Part shown: piece after piece, positions 50,103-61,401 of the stretch
How the letters are laid out: the number at the start of each line of letters is the position of its first letter
How positions within the stretch are numbered: the stretch's first letter is position 1
IMG/VR virus record: IMGVR_UViG_3300020045_014031
Coordinates: 1 to 64,000 of that record
DNA length: 64,000 nucleotides
Source of the DNA: a virus
Direction: 5' to 3' (one strand)
Position numbers and translations under genes: made by a program
Notes under the pieces: generated by a model
What the model was told of the DNA's origin: nothing
What the model saw: the letters and a program-made list of their open reading frames with translations, nothing else
The model's database searches: none

Positions 50103-53100
50103 TTAGTTTAAATCATCAACAAAGTGTTCAGACTGATACTTAAATTGAGAAGCTATATTTAAAACTGGAACAAGTTTACCTAATTTATATAAATACTTAT
50201 CAAAATCATAATCATCATCAGAAATAATTTTTACAGTTGCAGGAATTAAGGATTGTAAATTAGTAACAACACTATAAGCAGGAATTAAATTTCCTGCTAC
50301 AATCTCAGAAACAGTAGAAGGTGATATAACTGTTAAATCTCTTTCTATCAATAATGATTGATTAACTATAAAAGTTAATAAAGCATCATCTTCTTCATCA
50401 TCAGCTAAGTATCTTAATATATAACCTAATGTCATAAATGACATGATTAAACTTAATTCAATTGTATTTTTTACAAGATTATTAGCATCTGTTTCTGTTA
50501 TTTTTCTACCCTTATTATTTTTTAAATGTACATAATCTTTACTACCAAATATCCATGATTTATAAACTTGTAGAGTACCTACTAAAAAACCAGTAAAACC
50601 TAAATCAGAATAAGTTAAATATCTCCCTTTTATTGTTCTGTTTAATTTATAATCATAATGTTCTTTTTCTAATCTTGATGCAAATGCTTCTGGCATCCAT
50701 GATACTTTAAATTGACCTATTAATCTACCTACAAAAGATTTATTAATTAACTTAAATGAATGAGTATCGCCCATTACAATATCGTTAATTCTTTGAATTT
50801 TTAATATTATATTATTAATTACATCTTGTTCAATAATATTGTTTCCTTGTTTTTCTCCAATCCAATTCCCATCATTATCAAATTTAGTATATAAATCTTC
50901 TTTTTCAAGAATAGAAATCATTAAAGCATATCTAATAGCTTGTTCTGATTTTTCCATTAATTTAAACCCGTAATTATCAAACCATGTTTTCTCATCTAAA
51001 CCCTGTAAATCTATAACATTGTCTTGAACTAATAATTTTTGAGCAAGTTTAAATACTTTAAAAGCTTCTTGTTTATCTTTTACTATATTTGAAATCATCA
51101 ACGATGTTACTTTACCCACATTTTTAGTAAATACAACAGAATCGTATTCTTGACCTGCATTAACAATACCATTAAAATAACCCCCAACAAAATTTCTACC
51201 TGCTGAAAAAGGATTTAACCCTAAAGATATAGTTCTTCTAACTTTAATTAAGTAATCAGTTATTTTACTAAAGTAAATACTACTTCTATTTAACTCTCTA
51301 ATTCTTTTTTGTATTAAATCATTAGTTTGTATAAACTCTTCTTTTGTTATTTTACCTTCTCGTCTTAATTGCCTTGATGTATCTAATTTCTCCAAGTAAT
51401 AATTATATAACGTTTCAGCACTATCATAATTTTCACCTCTATACTTCTTTGTAAATTGATTTTTTATAGAATTTAATTTAGAAAAAACACCTTTACTTAA
51501 TGAATCATTTATATTTTTCTGAACATTATTTACTAATTCAATTTCATCATTAAGTTCTTTTTCTGTAAAAGGAGAGTATATTTTTTTATTTTTTAATGCT
51601 TTTTTATTTTCATTTATAATTGCTAAAACACCTGATAAATCGGTTACATCATAATTAGAAAAAATATTTATCTCTGGTTTTGTCTTTTCTAAAAACATTA
51701 CGTGATTAATAGTTTCTTCTAATAAAGTTAATTCATTAGACAAACCTTGACCTTTATCAAATTTCTTATCTGTTCCTTTACCTCTTTCTATAACAATATT
51801 TCCTTTATAGTCTTTCTGTATTGGTGTAGCATTCTTTAAAATACTTTGACCTAATAATACAGGTGCTTTAATTTGAGTATAGTAATAGTAATGATAAACA
51901 GAATCACCAAACAATTTTAATACAGGAATTAAATTAGTTGAAAAATCACCTTTATCTTTTGTAAAATTAGCTGAGTTTTTATGTTCTCCTATTTCTGGAA
52001 TAAAATTAATAGGTATTTCTTTATAATCATTTATATTATCTGATGCTGTAAAATTAGGTAATGTTAATAAATCTTTTACTTGTTCTTGAAAAGATAAACC
52101 TTCTTTTACTAAATAACTATCTACAACAGGTATAAAATCTTCTGATATTCTGTTTCTTATATTAGCAGGTAACTTACTTTTTAAATTATCAATTACTTTA
52201 GATAAATTGTTATATACTTCTAATTTTTTATTATCTTTAAATATATTTTCAAAATCAATATTCCAAAATTGTTTTAATACAGGTAGTGATACAACATATT
52301 TTCTTGATGATAAATAATTAGGTTTATCTTTATTTAAGTTTTCAATATATAAAAAAGGATTGTTAATATTATTCCACTTATTAAAATCTTCTTCTGAACT
52401 AATTTCTTTTCTTGTCTTAACATCTTCAAAATACTTATTTAATAAACTTAACTGTTGATTTATTTTTTCTTGAATTACATATTTTACTAATTCTTTATTT
52501 TCAACACTAATCTTATCAGATAAACTTTTTATTTCTAATTCTAAATTATCTTTATTTATTTCATAACCTTCTGGTGTTTCTATAAATAAATTTTTTAGAT
52601 TTAAAACAGTACCTTGAACTTTATGGTTTAAAGATTGGTCTTTCCATACTTCTTTAGATGTAGCTAAATCATTAGCTCTATTTTTTCTCAATAATAAAAC
52701 TCTTTCGTTTTCCATCCAAGAAGAAGTAAAGGCTTTAATTAATCTTATATCAGGTTCTTTTCCTTCTTTATTAACAGTTAAAAAATCTTTTGTATCAATT
52801 TTATTTTCTTTAACTATTTTCTCAATATCAATAAGAATATCTTGTAAACTATTAGATTCTCTTTTTTTAGATACATAAGCTAAATCTAAAAATTTATTAA
52901 TAGCTTGTACTGCAATATTAGCTGTTCTACCAGAACCAAGTAAAAAAGAACTTACAACATTTCTATCTGAAATATCTGTTGTTAAATTTTCTTTTTTAAT
53001 TTCTTCACCTATATTACTTTCTTTAATAAAAGATTGTATTTCTATATCTTTAAATTTTTTACTTAAAGAATCAAATTTAGATTGTATTAGCAGTAAATCA

Positions 53101-53747
53101 TCAGAATCTCTAATATCATCACCTACTAAATCTTTTATTCTTAACCAAAAATCCATTAAAAAAGAAAGTGATTTGATTTCATCAACACTTGTAGTTTTAA
53201 AATTATAATTACTTACAATATTATTAAAGTAATTATAATGTTTATTTGCTACAATCATTAAATTTACTAATGGATTATTAATATTACCTAAAGAATTAAT
53301 ATCACTTGCTAAATCATCTAATCTAAGTTGTCTTGATTTATTAAATAAACTACTATCTTTCTCTTGAAATATGTTATTTCTAATTATATTTAACTCAGAT
53401 ATTACTTTATTTAAAGGTTGTGTATTAACAATACTTGGAGCAAAAAAAGTATTACTATCTTCAATATCTTGAAGTATATTTACAAACTCATTATAAGAAG
53501 GTTCTTCTTTTGATTTAAGCCTTTTAAAAAATAAGGAAGAATATAGTTTAGATTTTATTCTTATAGCTTCATTTTCAGAATTTGTACTTTGAAGTATCTC
53601 TTGATATAGTTTACTATCATTCCCTTGGAAATCTTTATCAATAAAGTTTCCGTTATTTCTTGCAAAAACAAGATGTGCAAGCTCTTCTCCAAGAACTTGC
53701 ACTGTTTGTTTATAAAATTCGTTATTTTTATTTGGACAAATATTCAT
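50103..53747 (-). CDS. giant virion ejection protein (phi14:2 gp65-like position)
   Basis: 1214 aa helical, LGLNPFSA..N...G, GRLIGQFK.W, GRY.T, C-terminal hydrophobic helices. Confidence 0.75.
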   Translation of the reverse strand: MNICPNKNNEFYKQTVQVLGEELAHLVFARNNGNFIDKDFQGNDSKLYQEILQSTNSENEAIRIKSKLYSSLFFKRLKSKEEPSYNEFVNILQDIEDSNTFFAPSIVNTQPLNKVISELNIIRNNIFQEKDSSLFNKSRQLRLDDLASDINSLGNINNPLVNLMIVANKHYNYFNNIVSNYNFKTTSVDEIKSLSFLMDFWLRIKDLVGDDIRDSDDLLLIQSKFDSLSKKFKDIEIQSFIKESNIGEEIKKENLTTDISDRNVVSSFLLGSGRTANIAVQAINKFLDLAYVSKKRESNSLQDILIDIEKIVKENKIDTKDFLTVNKEGKEPDIRLIKAFTSSWMENERVLLLRKNRANDLATSKEVWKDQSLNHKVQGTVLNLKNLFIETPEGYEINKDNLELEIKSLSDKISVENKELVKYVIQEKINQQLSLLNKYFEDVKTRKEISSEEDFNKWNNINNPFLYIENLNKDKPNYLSSRKYVVSLPVLKQFWNIDFENIFKDNKKLEVYNNLSKVIDNLKSKLPANIRNRISEDFIPVVDSYLVKEGLSFQEQVKDLLTLPNFTASDNINDYKEIPINFIPEIGEHKNSANFTKDKGDFSTNLIPVLKLFGDSVYHYYYYTQIKAPVLLGQSILKNATPIQKDYKGNIVIERGKGTDKKFDKGQGLSNELTLLEETINHVMFLEKTKPEINIFSNYDVTDLSGVLAIINENKKALKNKKIYSPFTEKELNDEIELVNNVQKNINDSLSKGVFSKLNSIKNQFTKKYRGENYDSAETLYNYYLEKLDTSRQLRREGKITKEEFIQTNDLIQKRIRELNRSSIYFSKITDYLIKVRRTISLGLNPFSAGRNFVGGYFNGIVNAGQEYDSVVFTKNVGKVTSLMISNIVKDKQEAFKVFKLAQKLLVQDNVIDLQGLDEKTWFDNYGFKLMEKSEQAIRYALMISILEKEDLYTKFDNDGNWIGEKQGNNIIEQDVINNIILKIQRINDIVMGDTHSFKLINKSFVGRLIGQFKVSWMPEAFASRLEKEHYDYKLNRTIKGRYLTYSDLGFTGFLVGTLQVYKSWIFGSKDYVHLKNNKGRKITETDANNLVKNTIELSLIMSFMTLGYILRYLADDEEDDALLTFIVNQSLLIERDLTVISPSTVSEIVAGNLIPAYSVVTNLQSLIPATVKIISDDDYDFDKYLYKLGKLVPVLNIASQFKYQSEHFVDDLN

Positions 53748-53748
53748 T

Positions 53749-56700
53749 TTATTTACATTTTTTAACTAACTCTCTTGCTTCTTGCATATCTTCATTACTA
53801 AATATACTTTCTGATTGACTTAATTCTAAACTTAAATTATTTTCCTCAATATCTTGCATTAACTCTATTATGTTTTGAATAGAACTTCTTAATATAGAGT
53901 TATTATTAATAGGAATTGATAAGTTATTAGCTATTTCATTTATTAACTTATTTAACCATTCAACAAATTTATCAAGTAAATTAACTTCTGTATCTAAAAA
54001 TTCTATATTATTAAGTTTTCTTTGAAAATTTACATCTGTTAAAACACCAGTAACAAATTCTCTAATATCACTCAAGTAATATAAAGATACTAATTCTTTT
54101 TTACTTAAAGTAGAATTTTGTTCTATTTCTATATATTTATTTTTTCTTTCGGTTAAATCTTTAATTTTATGAGCTTTACTATATTCTTCAACAATACTTA
54201 ACTCACTTTCTAATAAAGATTCTTTTGCTGAATTAACTAATAATTTTAGTTTTACATAAGGTAAAGAACCTTTATTTTGATTTAGATAATTTAAAGTAAC
54301 ATGATGTACTGATTCATGTAATAAATTTCTTAATAATTTAGAATTGTTATAAGCTAATTGTATTTCTGAACCATTGTAATAACTCATTCCATTTTCATTT
54401 TCTACAATAGGTATATCAGCATTTTTATCATATATAAATTGATAAAGTATATTACTTAAATCTTTAAAAGGAGTGTCGTATTTTTCAATATTATGTAATG
54501 TACTTATTAAAGATTCTTTTCTTATACTATCAATTATAATTTTATTATTTTCTAAATTTTTTATTTGTTCTTGTTTTTCTTGTTTTTGACTGATTGAATC
54601 ATTGCTTTCAAATAAAAGTAAATCTTCAATATGTAAACCTTTTTGTGTTTTATTAATAGGTATTAATGAGTTATTAAAATCATTATTATAATTGTATTCA
54701 TTAATATAATAATTACCTAAAGTATCTATTTGTAATAACTTAACATAAAAAGTTTTATCTTGGTTTTCTCTTGATTCAATTACTTCATATAAAAATGTTT
54801 TATTTACTTTATATTCTTTACCTGTTTTTTCATTCTTAACACTAACTTTACCTTTTTTATACATAAACCTTGATAATTTATCAACTTGTAACTCAATTAT
54901 AGGTTTATCAAATTTTATATTTTTAGGTATTGGTTGACCTTCTTCTGGATTATGCTGATAATACTGTCTTACAAAATAATCATCATTTAAAGAAGGTTCG
55001 TTAATTGTATTCTTTAAAAATTCACTAAAGTTATTAATAATAATAGAAGGAGGTATTAATTGAATAAATGAATTATAATTATTTATACCACCATTAACAT
55101 AAGCGTATCTTACTAAATCACTTACAAAATTTCTTATTTCTAAATTTTCTGATTCTAACAAAATATAAAACTCATTATATATTACTTGTGAATCAGCTTC
55201 TAAATCTAATGTTCTATAAACAATATAATCAGGCTCTCCTTTTTTATCTGCTATTTTTGTTTCTAACTTATTAAATAATGTGTAATTTTTATATTTTAAT
55301 TTTAAATGTTGTAATCTTAAAGCTAAACTTTCATTATCACCTAATGTAAACATTAATCTTCTTCTTTCTTTACTATTATTTTCCCAAATATTATTAGCTG
55401 AATAAACATAAGACTGATAATTTGTAAGAATATCTCTAAGTTCTTTAGGGTTTAATTCTTTATCTTTTATTGATGTTATTTGATTAATTATATTATTTAA
55501 CTTGCTGTAATTAAACATTTCAGAAAAACTATTTAAAACATCTAATGTTAAATCAACTGTCTTACCTAATTCTGTTTGACCTATTGATTCTTCGTAAAAT
55601 AATTCTCTAAAGTTATTCACATAAGGAAATCCTTTTGAAGTATCAATAACAGATAAAGAGTTAATTTTTTGTTCTTTTGCAATACCTTCTAATATATTTG
55701 TACCAAAACCTTTAGTATCAACATTAGTAGCAATCATCATTTGAAATAAATTAGTACCTATATAATCAAGAACTAAAAAAGATTTTAATAAATTATAGTT
55801 ATTTTCTGGTTCTTTTAATTCTTTAATATTACCATTATTATCTCTAACAATACCTAAGTCACTGTCTGTTAAATATACATTTTCTTTTAGTACATCATAA
55901 ATACTACTCGGTATTTCATATATTTTTTTTGAAACATTAGATTCTGAACCAAAACGTAAATCAAAATCCTCTAATGTTTTTTCATAAGCTAATTGTTTAA
56001 CATCTTTTCCTTTTGCATCATTAAAAGTATCTCTGTATGATTTTAAGTTATTAACATAACTTTTTACAATATCGTTATTAATCAATTGAGCAGAATATTC
56101 ATTACTTACAGCATTATTATCACTTTTACTGCTATCTTTTAATTGTAATAATACAACATAAGCATTAGCTGTAATATCATTAAGATTAATTTTATCTGCT
56201 GTTTGATTTTTTGCATGGTCTACTGCTTCTGATTGTGGTATTACTATATTATCAGATGTTGTTCTTCTTTGTCCATTAAAATAACTATAACCAATACCAG
56301 AAAAAGTATTTAGATTTGTATTATTTATGTTTATCCTAACATTTCCTAAATTCATATTTTTAGTTCTTTGTAATAAAGTACTAAACGTTAAATTTAATGA
56401 AAAAGTACCAACTAATCTTTTAACACCAATATTACTTACATAACTTTCTAATTGATTAACAGGATTAAACAAATCTTTTATTTGTTTATTTTTGTTTGAT
56501 TTATTTCTCATTGATACTACATCTTGTAAATCTGACATATCAAGAGGTTGCATAATTTTATCAAACATTCTTGGTGCAATTAATATATTATAAAGAGTAT
56601 CAAAATAATCATTTTTTAACTCTTCAATTCCTTCTTCATATTCTTCGTTTATCTCTCCAAATTTATTAACATTTAGATTAGTATCAAGATAATTTATAGG

Positions 56701-59700
56701 TAATTCATTTAACTGTTGTTTATAGTTTTCTAACAATTCCCTGTCTTCTTTTAGTAGCTTTACAACTTTAGAAAAAGTATTTTTCTTATTGACATCTTCT
56801 ATATATGAAACAGTAAAAGCATTATAAACTTGTTTTTTAAACTCACTATCTATATTTTTAATTTTATTATATATAGTTCTTGTTTCACCTTTATATTTTG
56901 ATTTAACTGATTCTGCTCCTATACCTGTTGTATATGTTAAATCTCTAAGGTTAGTTAAATCATCAATATTAAAAGATTCAATAATTTTTTCTAAATTTTC
57001 AGAATCCAAATCACTTTCAATAAAATAAGAAATAACTTTTTCTTTTAAATTCTTTAAGTATTTGTCAGAAGTAATTGCTTGATAATATTTTTCTATTTGT
57101 TCATTTACTTTTTTAAACTCTTCTTCTGATAATTTATTATCTTGAAGTTCTTTTTCTTGATTTTTTATTTTTTGTTTTAATAATATATAATCATTTTTTA
57201 ATTGTAAATCAGGATATTTTTTTACTGGTTTATACTTTTTTTTGTAAACATAAAGTTTATCAATATCAAAGTCACTACCCATTTGTTTTGTAATCTCAGC
57301 AGGTACATATATTATATCACCTCCTATATTAGGTAAAAACCCTACAATTTCCATAGGTAACTGTGAACTATGTGATTGGTTAGGTATCCTTGCTCCTACA
57401 AACTTTAATAGTTCTTTATTTATATCAACACTTCCTTCATTTATAAACTGATTTATATCAATTCTTTGTTCTTTATTAAAGAAGTTAAAAGGAACTAATA
57501 CTTGTGCAGGAAGTATTTTTGCTGTAAAATTATCTGAGCCTTCTAAAATAATAGAAGAATTAACTAACTGTTGGATTTGCTCATTATTTATTTTAAAAGG
57601 CTCATTTGTTTTAGATAAATCTAACTGTTCTTGTGTTAAATATATCTCTATTCCAAATTGGTCATATAACTCAGATATTACAGGTCTTAATGGTCTTAAT
57701 CTTTTATCATCCCAACCTTTAACTTTTTTAACATCATTAGGTACTTCACCTGTTTTATCCATTTTACCAATACCTAAACTTGTAATTTGAACAAATGACT
57801 TACCGTTAATTTTAACTTGAATAGCTTTTCTAACAGCAGAAGCTATTTTTGATTGTATCTGATTAGAACTTCTATTAAATAATAAAGGAATTAACATTTC
57901 ATTATTATCATCTAATTGCAACTCTAATTTTTGATTAGTTGTTAAATCAGAAGTTGTTCTAAATATATAATCTCTTAATTTTGTTTTATCAACAAAATCT
58001 TCATAAATACCTAACTCATCTTTTAATTCATCAAAAGATATATCTAACATTCTTTTACGAATATCTTCTTTAATTAAGCACATTTCCTCACCTGTTTTCT
58101 TTTCTCCTTTATATTCAAATACAGGTTCTTTAATTGAAGTTAATGTATCAAGAATTAATTTATTTAATTGAGTTACAAAAGTAATTTTTTCTTTTGTTTC
58201 ATCATAAGGTATTTCTTGCTGTATTAAAAAAGCATCAGCATTCATTACTCTCATTGATTTAACTAATGAATCACCTTCATTTTTATAAATCCAATTACCG
58301 TTAATATCAAAAGGTTCAAAAAATACTACTGGATTACCTGATTTACCTGCTGTATCTAAACTAACTTGGTCAATACCGTTTTCTTCTATTAGTTTTCTTA
58401 AATTATCTAATTCAGTACCAGAAGTTATATTAGGTATTAAAGGAATTAAAGATGATTTTACATAATGAATATAACTATATACCCTATTAACACCTAATGG
58501 AGTAAACTTTCTATCTGTTTCCACAGGTTTCATAGCATACATATAAGATAGTTCTTCTGCATTTAAAAATTCACCATCTTTCTTTTTCATTATTTGACTA
58601 TAAACTCTTGTAGGTATTCTACCGTAATCAAATAGTATATTAGCTATTCTTTTAACAGAACAAAATTGAGAAGCATCCGAAGGGTCAATTTGTCCTTCTA
58701 ACTCTCCTTTCTTGTTTTGCTTTAATCCGTAGTAATTATTTAAAAATAAATCTTTATACTCTTCTGTAAATGTATTAGGTACTTTAATTGTTATTGCTTT
58801 ATAAGTTAAACTTTGATAACTACCTGCAATCCCAGGGGCTATATCTTTAGCTAATCTTTTAGTATATTCATCATAAGTTCTATTTATAGTATCTACTATT
58901 GTATCACCTTCTTTACCTTTATAAAATAAAGCAGGGTCACCAGATGTAAACATAGCTAACGATATATTAAAAATATGTTTATTAATAGCATACTGAGATA
59001 TACTACTAATATCTTCTTTTGATATTAATTCAATAGGTAATTTATTTTTTTGAATAGAATCAAAAACATTATTAATTATAATATCACTTCTATAACTAAT
59101 TACTTTATTTATTACATCAAGATACTTTTCTATTATGTTATCGTTCTCATCAAGAATTTTATCATTAATTGTATCTTTGTCTATCCATAATAAATCTATT
59201 TCTTCTTTAGAAAATAAATTACTACCGTCTATTGACTTAATATTACTTAAAATCTCATAATTAAAATCAGGTAACAAGTAAAATATTCCTGCTCCCTTTT
59301 TAACTTGTGCTGTTACATCTAATTTATCTTTATTAACTACTCTAATATATTCGGCTTTAAATATATAAGCATATTCATTACCCATTTGACTAAAAGGTAT
59401 TTTAGGTATTCCCGAATGAAAAGGAGTTGTTTTCTTGTCAGATTTAGTTAAATCAAAATAATTAGCTGTACTTTTACCTTCATTTCTAAAGTTTTCAATT
59501 TCAGTAACTAACTGTTCTCTAAAACTCATATTATCTCTTGTAATACCTTTTTTAGATTTTTCATTCTTAATAGCTTCAAATAAACCTAACTTATACTCTT
59601 CTAAAACATTGTTATTGTTAATTACATTTCTAAAAAAGAAAGAGTTACTACTAAATAAATCTTTACTTAATGTATCCCTATAGTTTTCACCATTAATAAT

Positions 59701-61401
59701 AGGGTTTTGAATAGCTCTTAATATCTCTCTAAATTGAAAAGTAGGTAAAATATAATCATATACTTTCTTACCTTCTACTGTTGTATGAGTAGATGTAATA
59801 ATATCTGAATATTTACCTTGTAACTCACCTAAAAATCTTGCTACTTTAGTATCAGTATATAATGGATTACTAATAGTTAAAGTTGCTTCAACTTCTTCAT
59901 CTTCATTTTCATATATACTTTCTCCTCTTAAAATACTTACAATATCTGAAAATAAACCAAATGGTTCAAAATCAGTTGTAGAACCTTTTTTAAGTTTTCT
60001 CGTATATTGAAATTGAGAAATAATATCTTTATTGTATCTTGATTTCTTAAAGAAAAAACTATTATTAAATAAATCTTCTCTTGTTTGTTCTGATATTGTA
60101 AAACCTAAACCATCAATAATTTCATTAGCTAAATCAATATACTCTTGTTTAACAGCTTTTTCTTTATTAGCTTTTAATATTCTATTATATATATTATTTA
60201 CTTTTTCTTTGTTTACAAAATAATTACCGTCATTATCAAAACTAATAAAATTATCTTTTCTATCTAAAGTATTTAGTTTTTGCTCTTCTTTCCAAATAGA
60301 AAGAATTTTATTAAGATAAGAATTTCTATTTCCTTCAATAGTTACAACTTTATAAGGAGTATTTAAACCTTCTTTTTCAGCTTTATAATCTTCTGTTTTA
60401 TTAAATAAGGTAACGTATTGTTTAGCGTTTACTTTCTTTAATGCTGATACAAATTCATTTTTAATTCTATCTTCTGAATTAATTAATCTTTCACCTAATT
60501 TATAAATAGTAGGTTGATTTTTTTTATTAAAGTCAGATTGTAATATAGTTAATAATTCATCAAAAGATAAATCTAATTTATTACTTGTGATAGTTACAAC
60601 TTTTTGATAAAGCTCATCGTAGTTATATAACTTACTTAATCCAATAGAACTTATTTGAGGAACAATATTTCCATTAACATTATCATATATAGGAAGAGTT
60701 GAAAGAAACAATTTAATTCTTTTTGACATTGTTTCTTTAGGGTCACGTTCTTCACTTGCTTTATGTTCTCCTCTTACATCTGCTTCCCCTGTTTCATTGT
60801 CTTCTAACAATGATTCATTAATTCTATCAACATCAATATTTAATTTTGAATATTTATCTTTAACAAAACTTTCAATCTGTTTTCTTGAATTAATTATGTT
60901 CTCATAATCTTTTATAAAAGGTATAAAAGAATAAAATTTACTTTCTGTATTATCTTCTAAAAAAGCTTTTAAAGTATTTTTATGTATAATACTTATATTC
61001 TTAAATACAATATCAAATACATCTTCTACTTTTAATTCTTTATTATCTTCTTTTGATTTTTTAATTAGTTCTTCAAAAGACATTTTAAAAACAACTTCAA
61101 TAGAATCTTTTTGTTTTACAATATCAAAAAATTCACCTGTATAGTTACCATTTGAATCTTGTATTTCAATATTATACAATCTTCTTTCTTCATTGTTATT
61201 TGATGTAACAATAGATTTATTAATTACTTGCTCTATTGTATATCTTTTTCTTTTAAATTGTTTTATCTTTTCACTAACAGAAATAGCTCCTTCATTAGAA
61301 GGAGCTATATTTTCTGCAAACCATACTTGTTGTGCATTTTCACCATGTTCAGCAACTAATTGTCTCCAATAATCACTGTTATAATTTGGACATATTTTCA
61401 T
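53749..61401 (-). CDS. virion RNA polymerase (crAss-like two-barrel RNAP) with C-terminal zincin-like domain
   Basis: RIPNQSHSSQLPMEIVGFLP...VPAEITKQMGSDFDIDKL catalytic motif; LLHESVHHVT...EFVTG. Confidence 0.92.
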   Translation of the reverse strand: MKICPNYNSDYWRQLVAEHGENAQQVWFAENIAPSNEGAISVSEKIKQFKRKRYTIEQVINKSIVTSNNNEERRLYNIEIQDSNGNYTGEFFDIVKQKDSIEVVFKMSFEELIKKSKEDNKELKVEDVFDIVFKNISIIHKNTLKAFLEDNTESKFYSFIPFIKDYENIINSRKQIESFVKDKYSKLNIDVDRINESLLEDNETGEADVRGEHKASEERDPKETMSKRIKLFLSTLPIYDNVNGNIVPQISSIGLSKLYNYDELYQKVVTITSNKLDLSFDELLTILQSDFNKKNQPTIYKLGERLINSEDRIKNEFVSALKKVNAKQYVTLFNKTEDYKAEKEGLNTPYKVVTIEGNRNSYLNKILSIWKEEQKLNTLDRKDNFISFDNDGNYFVNKEKVNNIYNRILKANKEKAVKQEYIDLANEIIDGLGFTISEQTREDLFNNSFFFKKSRYNKDIISQFQYTRKLKKGSTTDFEPFGLFSDIVSILRGESIYENEDEEVEATLTISNPLYTDTKVARFLGELQGKYSDIITSTHTTVEGKKVYDYILPTFQFREILRAIQNPIINGENYRDTLSKDLFSSNSFFFRNVINNNNVLEEYKLGLFEAIKNEKSKKGITRDNMSFREQLVTEIENFRNEGKSTANYFDLTKSDKKTTPFHSGIPKIPFSQMGNEYAYIFKAEYIRVVNKDKLDVTAQVKKGAGIFYLLPDFNYEILSNIKSIDGSNLFSKEEIDLLWIDKDTINDKILDENDNIIEKYLDVINKVISYRSDIIINNVFDSIQKNKLPIELISKEDISSISQYAINKHIFNISLAMFTSGDPALFYKGKEGDTIVDTINRTYDEYTKRLAKDIAPGIAGSYQSLTYKAITIKVPNTFTEEYKDLFLNNYYGLKQNKKGELEGQIDPSDASQFCSVKRIANILFDYGRIPTRVYSQIMKKKDGEFLNAEELSYMYAMKPVETDRKFTPLGVNRVYSYIHYVKSSLIPLIPNITSGTELDNLRKLIEENGIDQVSLDTAGKSGNPVVFFEPFDINGNWIYKNEGDSLVKSMRVMNADAFLIQQEIPYDETKEKITFVTQLNKLILDTLTSIKEPVFEYKGEKKTGEEMCLIKEDIRKRMLDISFDELKDELGIYEDFVDKTKLRDYIFRTTSDLTTNQKLELQLDDNNEMLIPLLFNRSSNQIQSKIASAVRKAIQVKINGKSFVQITSLGIGKMDKTGEVPNDVKKVKGWDDKRLRPLRPVISELYDQFGIEIYLTQEQLDLSKTNEPFKINNEQIQQLVNSSIILEGSDNFTAKILPAQVLVPFNFFNKEQRIDINQFINEGSVDINKELLKFVGARIPNQSHSSQLPMEIVGFLPNIGGDIIYVPAEITKQMGSDFDIDKLYVYKKKYKPVKKYPDLQLKNDYILLKQKIKNQEKELQDNKLSEEEFKKVNEQIEKYYQAITSDKYLKNLKEKVISYFIESDLDSENLEKIIESFNIDDLTNLRDLTYTTGIGAESVKSKYKGETRTIYNKIKNIDSEFKKQVYNAFTVSYIEDVNKKNTFSKVVKLLKEDRELLENYKQQLNELPINYLDTNLNVNKFGEINEEYEEGIEELKNDYFDTLYNILIAPRMFDKIMQPLDMSDLQDVVSMRNKSNKNKQIKDLFNPVNQLESYVSNIGVKRLVGTFSLNLTFSTLLQRTKNMNLGNVRININNTNLNTFSGIGYSYFNGQRRTTSDNIVIPQSEAVDHAKNQTADKINLNDITANAYVVLLQLKDSSKSDNNAVSNEYSAQLINNDIVKSYVNNLKSYRDTFNDAKGKDVKQLAYEKTLEDFDLRFGSESNVSKKIYEIPSSIYDVLKENVYLTDSDLGIVRDNNGNIKELKEPENNYNLLKSFLVLDYIGTNLFQMMIATNVDTKGFGTNILEGIAKEQKINSLSVIDTSKGFPYVNNFRELFYEESIGQTELGKTVDLTLDVLNSFSEMFNYSKLNNIINQITSIKDKELNPKELRDILTNYQSYVYSANNIWENNSKERRRLMFTLGDNESLALRLQHLKLKYKNYTLFNKLETKIADKKGEPDYIVYRTLDLEADSQVIYNEFYILLESENLEIRNFVSDLVRYAYVNGGINNYNSFIQLIPPSIIINNFSEFLKNTINEPSLNDDYFVRQYYQHNPEEGQPIPKNIKFDKPIIELQVDKLSRFMYKKGKVSVKNEKTGKEYKVNKTFLYEVIESRENQDKTFYVKLLQIDTLGNYYINEYNYNNDFNNSLIPINKTQKGLHIEDLLLFESNDSISQKQEKQEQIKNLENNKIIIDSIRKESLISTLHNIEKYDTPFKDLSNILYQFIYDKNADIPIVENENGMSYYNGSEIQLAYNNSKLLRNLLHESVHHVTLNYLNQNKGSLPYVKLKLLVNSAKESLLESELSIVEEYSKAHKIKDLTERKNKYIEIEQNSTLSKKELVSLYYLSDIREFVTGVLTDVNFQRKLNNIEFLDTEVNLLDKFVEWLNKLINEIANNLSIPINNNSILRSSIQNIIELMQDIEENNLSLELSQSESIFSNEDMQEARELVKKCK

